NCBI GenBank assembly: GCA_003344405.1
Contig: NOWV01000019.1
Span: 434,001-498,000, forward strand
Source of the DNA: Trichoplax sp. H2
Lineage: Eukaryota
Length of the DNA stretch: 64,000 nt
Direction: 5' to 3'
The notes under the pieces are model-generated. The model made no database searches, was not told the DNA's origin, and saw nothing but the letters and a program-made list of their open reading frames with translations. The position numbers and the translations under genes are program-made. Below, one piece after another: positions 58,490 through 64,000 of this stretch; position 1 is the stretch's first letter, and the number at the start of each line of letters is the position of its first letter.

Positions 58490-59770
58490 TGGAAGGAGTG
58501 AAATGAATGCTGACAAAACTCCTGTGAAAAAGGATTGAATTGATATGACATACTCGCTCTAGTTCGATAAGTCTATTGCAGTTCCATCTGTGAGTGATTC
58601 ATTTATTAGTCCTATCATAGCCAAGCTTCCTATTGCGTTTTTAAAGGCCGATATGCATAACGTCCGATTAGAGTCAGCCCTAATATTATTCTTATGTGGT
58701 GTACACGCTCGTGTTTGATGAATCTTTTACAGATCTATTTATAAGTAGACCACTTATTAGTCCTGCTATAATCAAACTTACTTTGGCATTTTTAGAGGCC
58801 AACATACATAATACCCATTTAGAGTGAGTCTTGATATTAATTTTATTTGGTATACTCTTTTTCGATGAATCTATGACAATTCTTTCTGTGAGCAAATTAC
58901 TTATTAATTCTATCGTAATGGAGCTTACGACGACATTTTTATAGGTCGATATACATACCGTCTGTTTTAGAGTAAGTCAGTCTTGATGTTATTTTAACAA
59001 ATATTTTTTGTTCTCCTTTTTGCTTTAATGCTGGTTTCTTAGTAGATTGTGGAGATAAAACGTTAAGGCATATTCTTGGACCTATATCATTTCTGTTTTC
59101 GAGTAGATTTAAGATCTATACTTTGAAACAAGCTTCAGGATTGTACTATCGTCAAAATACATAAAATCTATGCATGGATCTTATGCAGTGTAATTTTTCG
59201 GTCAAAATACTAGAATAGTAGGTGTAGCTGTCTACTGCTCGATCGTTACGACAATCACCATAACTAAACAATCTACTGTTGCTCGTTTTAATGCCAAATT
59301 GGATACGGGAAGTAGAAATGTAAATAGCTCAGGTCTAGTACTGAACAGACAATCATTACGGTGAACAGTTTTCCTATTTTACTCCACTATATAATTAAGA
59401 TGGATTTATTGGCTCAAAATCAGTCGCCAAATCGATACAAAATACAGATTCAGCTAGCTCGGTAGACTATTTTCCTAGTGAGAAAGTGTATTACAGAATA
59501 AAAGGCCACCAGAAGGGCTATAGAGTGTATGAAAGATATACAGGATGATCTATCTCTAAAACAGAAAAGTAATTTTACAGTAATTAGCAGGTGTTGAGAT
59601 ATATTAGAACGCTTATTGATGAGTGGAAATTCTTCATATAGAATACGGCCTTCACTTGTAGAGTAAGTTAGAGGGGAAGTTACTTTGATCTCGAATACGC
59701 GTACAATTTCAAAAATATTGCCCAGTATCCATCATTAACCAAGTTATTCCTTCCGCACCGGTAGTTGATT
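58490..59770 (-). pseudogene. Decayed NACHT (NLR-like STAND NTPase) coding relic
   Basis: Minus-strand fragments occur in NACHT order: TGAEGIT (degenerate Walker A?, ~59744-59764), IFVKITSR (sensor 1, 58981-59004), AKVSLII...SNTSVY (HD1-like), IGSLAMIGL (~58608-58636) and FSQEF/frameshift/SAFI (~58500-58530). Many stops and frameshifts; no clear Walker B. Confidence 0.45.
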
Positions 59771-62700
59771 CATGTCTTGACCATCTGATTAAGCACGTAT
59801 TGATAGTTTTGTGGGAGATCATTTTAGACGTCTTCTTTCAGATGACAGATTCACGCTTTTAATTTCATTCAGCCTTTTCTATCATCCGTCTTGGTTTTCT
59901 CTGCCAGCACATTGATATCATTTCTCATTTCCTACTTTATTATCTAGGCTAAAAATAAGAGTAGGAAATGATACTAACTAAGTTCTATATCTTTGGGAGT
60001 AGATAGCTGCTATTCATTATCTCTTAGGATTCCTCATTTAGTACTTATTCAGTTGATTAAAATATCTTTTTGTTCATTAATATCCCGACTAATTTCATAC
60101 ATAAAAGATAATGAATAGGATTGGAAAGAAAAATCGAACAGCTGGCAGGGCTATATTTTATAGTAAAAATAGATCACACGATTGCTCCCAAAATAGTAAT
60201 GACTCCAGTTGACAATATTTTTAAACAGATGAAGACAATAGCAAGTTATTTTTACATCCTGCCTGATTGAATATTGCTATTGAAAGAAGTTACTAGACAT
60301 CAGGTTTGAGAAGTTACATACTGAAAAGGAATAATCATAAATACGCAATTAGCTTTCTTAATGCTATATTTTGATTAAACGATTGTATCAACGACACATA
60401 ACCCTTTACTGATACATAAAGACTGTTCCAAGCTGTAATTACTAAATATTCGCTTGAATACTCTTTATTTTTGACATTTACGGCACATTTTCCAGTTGCT
60501 CATGCCTGTAAGCGCATGGATAACGTTAACCATGTTGTAAGTTGATGATAGTATACGCGTATATGTAAATAAATGGATTTCTATCTATTAGAATGGCTAA
60601 GCGATAGTTTAATAAAATGAAATAGCTTATCCTAATTCACCTGCTAATATTTTTTGTGAATGGTTTCAATGTATAAAAACTTGATTAGCGGTTGCTCTAT
60701 GCTTTCTCTGTCGATTATATTTAAGGTTTTGTTTTACGTAATCGCGTATCCTAATGCTCTATACTTTATCTTATATTATTATCCTGACATCCTTCATTTC
60801 TTCTCACTTTGTAAAGAAATACATCAACTTGAAGTCATATATGTCTAAAATTGCTGGTATTCTGTATCGCTACATTACGATATTTTGATACGTATTCGTT
60901 GCCAAAAAAGTGGTACGGTGATGAGCCAAATAAATAAATTAAGGCTGTAATGAGTATATTTTTTTTTGTATGACGGTTAGCCATGCTTTAAATGTACCGC
61001 TATCTACCCAACTTCGATCCTCTTTAAATTCTTTTTCCCGTCGTTGATGTATTTACACGTTTGAATAGTAATTTACAGGTCGATCATGTATTCCATGCTC
61101 ATATCATGTACGTTATATTATGTTTTTCATAAGTTCTGCAAAAGGTAAGAAAATGCTTAAGCAAAGCATTAGAATATCCTTGAGTAGTAAGTTTGTATCA
61201 ATTTTAAATTTCTTCTATTCGAGATACCGATACTAAAACGAATCAACAATAGGACTAATGTGTTGACTTAATCTTTCGACGTAAGCAAAATATTCCATGA
61301 CAGTATTGGTTACTATTTTAAACTGTAACTACTATTATTATCACGTTGCTAATGCTGGGTTTTCTAGCTTGTTATGGGTAATAAGTGGATTATACGCAGT
61401 TCTAATCGGGTTTAGTGATGGTCTATCACTTTGTGTAATGATTTCTGTTATTAAAACAATATCTGAAAGATTTTAACCAAGTGCCAATGTGTAACCAAGA
61501 TTGGTTCCATAAATTCCTTACCAAGACTAAAAAGTCTTCCTTACGAGTAGCTATAGCTATTTCTACCGTATATCAGTTATTTTAATCACTAATATGTAAC
61601 CGTCTAGTGGAATTTTCATATCTCATTGCGATATAGTGTCGCCAAAACCTTATAAGCAAAAGCAGAAGTTCCTGTAAAACTTTACTTTACCAATGACATC
61701 AATTGGTTCTATTAATAATATAAACGAATAACTAAAACTGCACGTCTTCTTACCATCTAATAATACTAAACTTAAGCTAATTTAAGAGTTGCATTGAGTA
61801 GTGCACGTATGGTTGTGACAGTGTTATATACTGTATCAGAGTAGAAATATTCATGTTAGATAATTTTTTTTAGCCTATCCTCATTTAGTTAATTTCTAAT
61901 TTGGATATACTGTGTTTTAATATAACACTGGCTTAATGTGACAGTGACATATATACATATACTGAAATTAATAGTTACATTAGGGAATGCGAATTATCTA
62001 CTTACAGTTCTAATCATTGTGATTGTAACTTATAGTAGATTGTAAATTATCTTGGAAATGTTCCGTGATAGGAAATGTCGCAATCTGATTATTCTGTATT
62101 AGGCATTAGATGTCTATGATCGTAAATACAATTGTTTGCATTAGGGAGTAATAGCTAAAATTAGTATCTAATTCAGTGAATGATTCCAAAGTGTATCGTA
62201 CTAACTATTGCAGAAGAGTATATAAACGCAATATATCGCGTAATAACGTTAATTCTTAAAGTTAGTGTTTAACGTATAATACGAGGCGTCTAGTCTTTGC
62301 GTAGTCTGCTAGTAAAGCAAAAGTGTTCCAGATAGTGCAGATATCGTTCTTTGATACGTGGCTCAAGGAATTGGCATATTGATCGTACTTTACGTTATCT
62401 GGTTGCGAAGCTGTTTGTGATAATGGTATACTTTTATAACCGAGAGTTTATCCTTGATCTTTATTATACGGTAGCTTTCAAATAATGATCACAAATCAGC
62501 TTTAATCAGTCGAAATTTTCTAAATTTTTTTTATGTAATTTGGAACTACCATCGTTAATCCCATGTTGCCATATTTCCTTTGAAAGGAAAGATCGGTAAG
62601 AATATTGCATTCGATTTCATTTCAAGTTGAAATGATTGAAACAGAGTTAATTTACCAACAGTTAAACCGCTAGTATAGCAATAGTACAACATCATGGGGC

Positions 62701-64000
62701 GATAAAGAACACCGATTTGAAATCTGTTATTCTTATTTAGAGCAGCCATTGTGCAACCATTGACTAAAGAAAGGTTTATGTTGATACAAATAATAAATTA
62801 GCGGGTCTCATTCAAATACTTCTTCATTAATGAGGTAGTTTTTCTTTAAGATTTCGCTACAGATGCGTAATCTCTTTTGTTTCTCTGTTGTCAACTTAGA
62901 ATAGTGCGAACCTCCATTAGTAATCATTGCGGGCATTTCTTCAGTTTAATAATAAGCGCACTGTCTATTCTAATATTTTTTTGATATCATTTTACAAAGC
63001 ACAGTCAAAAGTCTAGACAACTGGCCGTGTGAGATTTTATTAATTTCCTATTTTGTACACTGACAGCAGGCATTATGTAAGATAATAAAATTATCCATGT
63101 GCCTTGTATTGAATGAGATCTTGCAATGTGCTAGGGTAGTATAAAGGAACAAACACTGCATATAAATTTTATAAGTACGGTATTATGCGATAAAGAACGA
63201 TCAGAAAATGAACATTCATGTTATTGACTTTTAGAAATTTGCTTAATGATAATACTCCATAATTTACAATGCAACAGAGAACCAATACTCTTTCTAGTTA
63301 TAATAATTCTTATTCGGCCCAATATCTTCTGATTCCATTTTTATTTATACTTTATTATATTGTCACACTTTATAGAGAAGGAAATTTTAGAATAGCTTCC
63401 ATTCACAATTGTTATATGATGAGATGCGGTTTTCACACGTAGGATTCGATGTTGAAACTCCTAGTTGATTATAGTAGCAATGGCTTACTTACGATGCCCA
63501 TTTGATAGTTTTTATGCAAAGTAAGGCAATAAATACTAACAAATGTAATGCTCTCAACACTATTTGTAATCTTTAGCCATTTTTAATGTAATCAGTAAGG
63601 AAATCCTCTTCATCTTATCGTCTTGCATAACTATTATAATTTATATAAAATGTAGCTGTAATCTGCTTATGACTATCGAATCAATTTTATATGATTGATA
63701 CTTTTCTAAATTCATGTTATTCTACCTTATTAGTATAAACAGATCAGATGCCGAATCTATTTAAGTGGATGACTAGGTCAGCAACTCGCAGTAAAAGCCA
63801 GCAGCATTCCTTCGTGGAACAAATTGCTGAAAAATTTAATGGAGTTCGTAAGTATTGCGTGCTTATCTCTAGTAAAAGTTAGTTCTATTCTGTATTGATC
63901 TAAAAGATGATGTCTTATTATGTAAATGTTATGATAAGTAGTGTAAGATTATTTTATGGAAAAATGAATCTTTCCTTTATAAATATTGTAATCAATTCAT

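Noticed and set aside
53409..62749. Isolated ORFs 53409-53747, 55169-55474, 60660-60848 and 62555-62749
   Set aside because: Composition typical of AT-rich non-coding DNA, with no splice-consistent partners or domains.

Overview
AT-rich (roughly one-third GC by eye) eukaryotic genomic DNA with many short GT-AG introns. The style suggests an early-branching animal such as a placozoan (Trichoplax-like), but this is inference only. The first ~39 kb is gene-dense. It holds two tandem dipeptidyl peptidase 4-like (S9B) genes on + (the first is 5'-truncated by the window edge) and a KIAA2012/DUF4670-like coiled-coil gene on - with an RFX X-box upstream. It also holds an unidentified C2H2/U1-type zinc-finger plus helical-repeat gene (-), TYW5 (+) and a PRMT6-like arginine methyltransferase (-). 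Between the zinc-finger gene and TYW5 is a possible unannotated small spliced gene with PH-domain-like motifs. From ~40 kb to the end there is no intact gene I can support. That part contains several local tandem duplications and what look like heavily decayed NACHT/NLR-like relics. No rRNA, tRNA, CRISPR array or intact transposon was seen, and I found no clearly novel biological system. The best leads are the cryptic PH-like gene, the NACHT relic cluster and the diverged DPP4 paralog. All gene models and homology calls were made by eye, without database searches.
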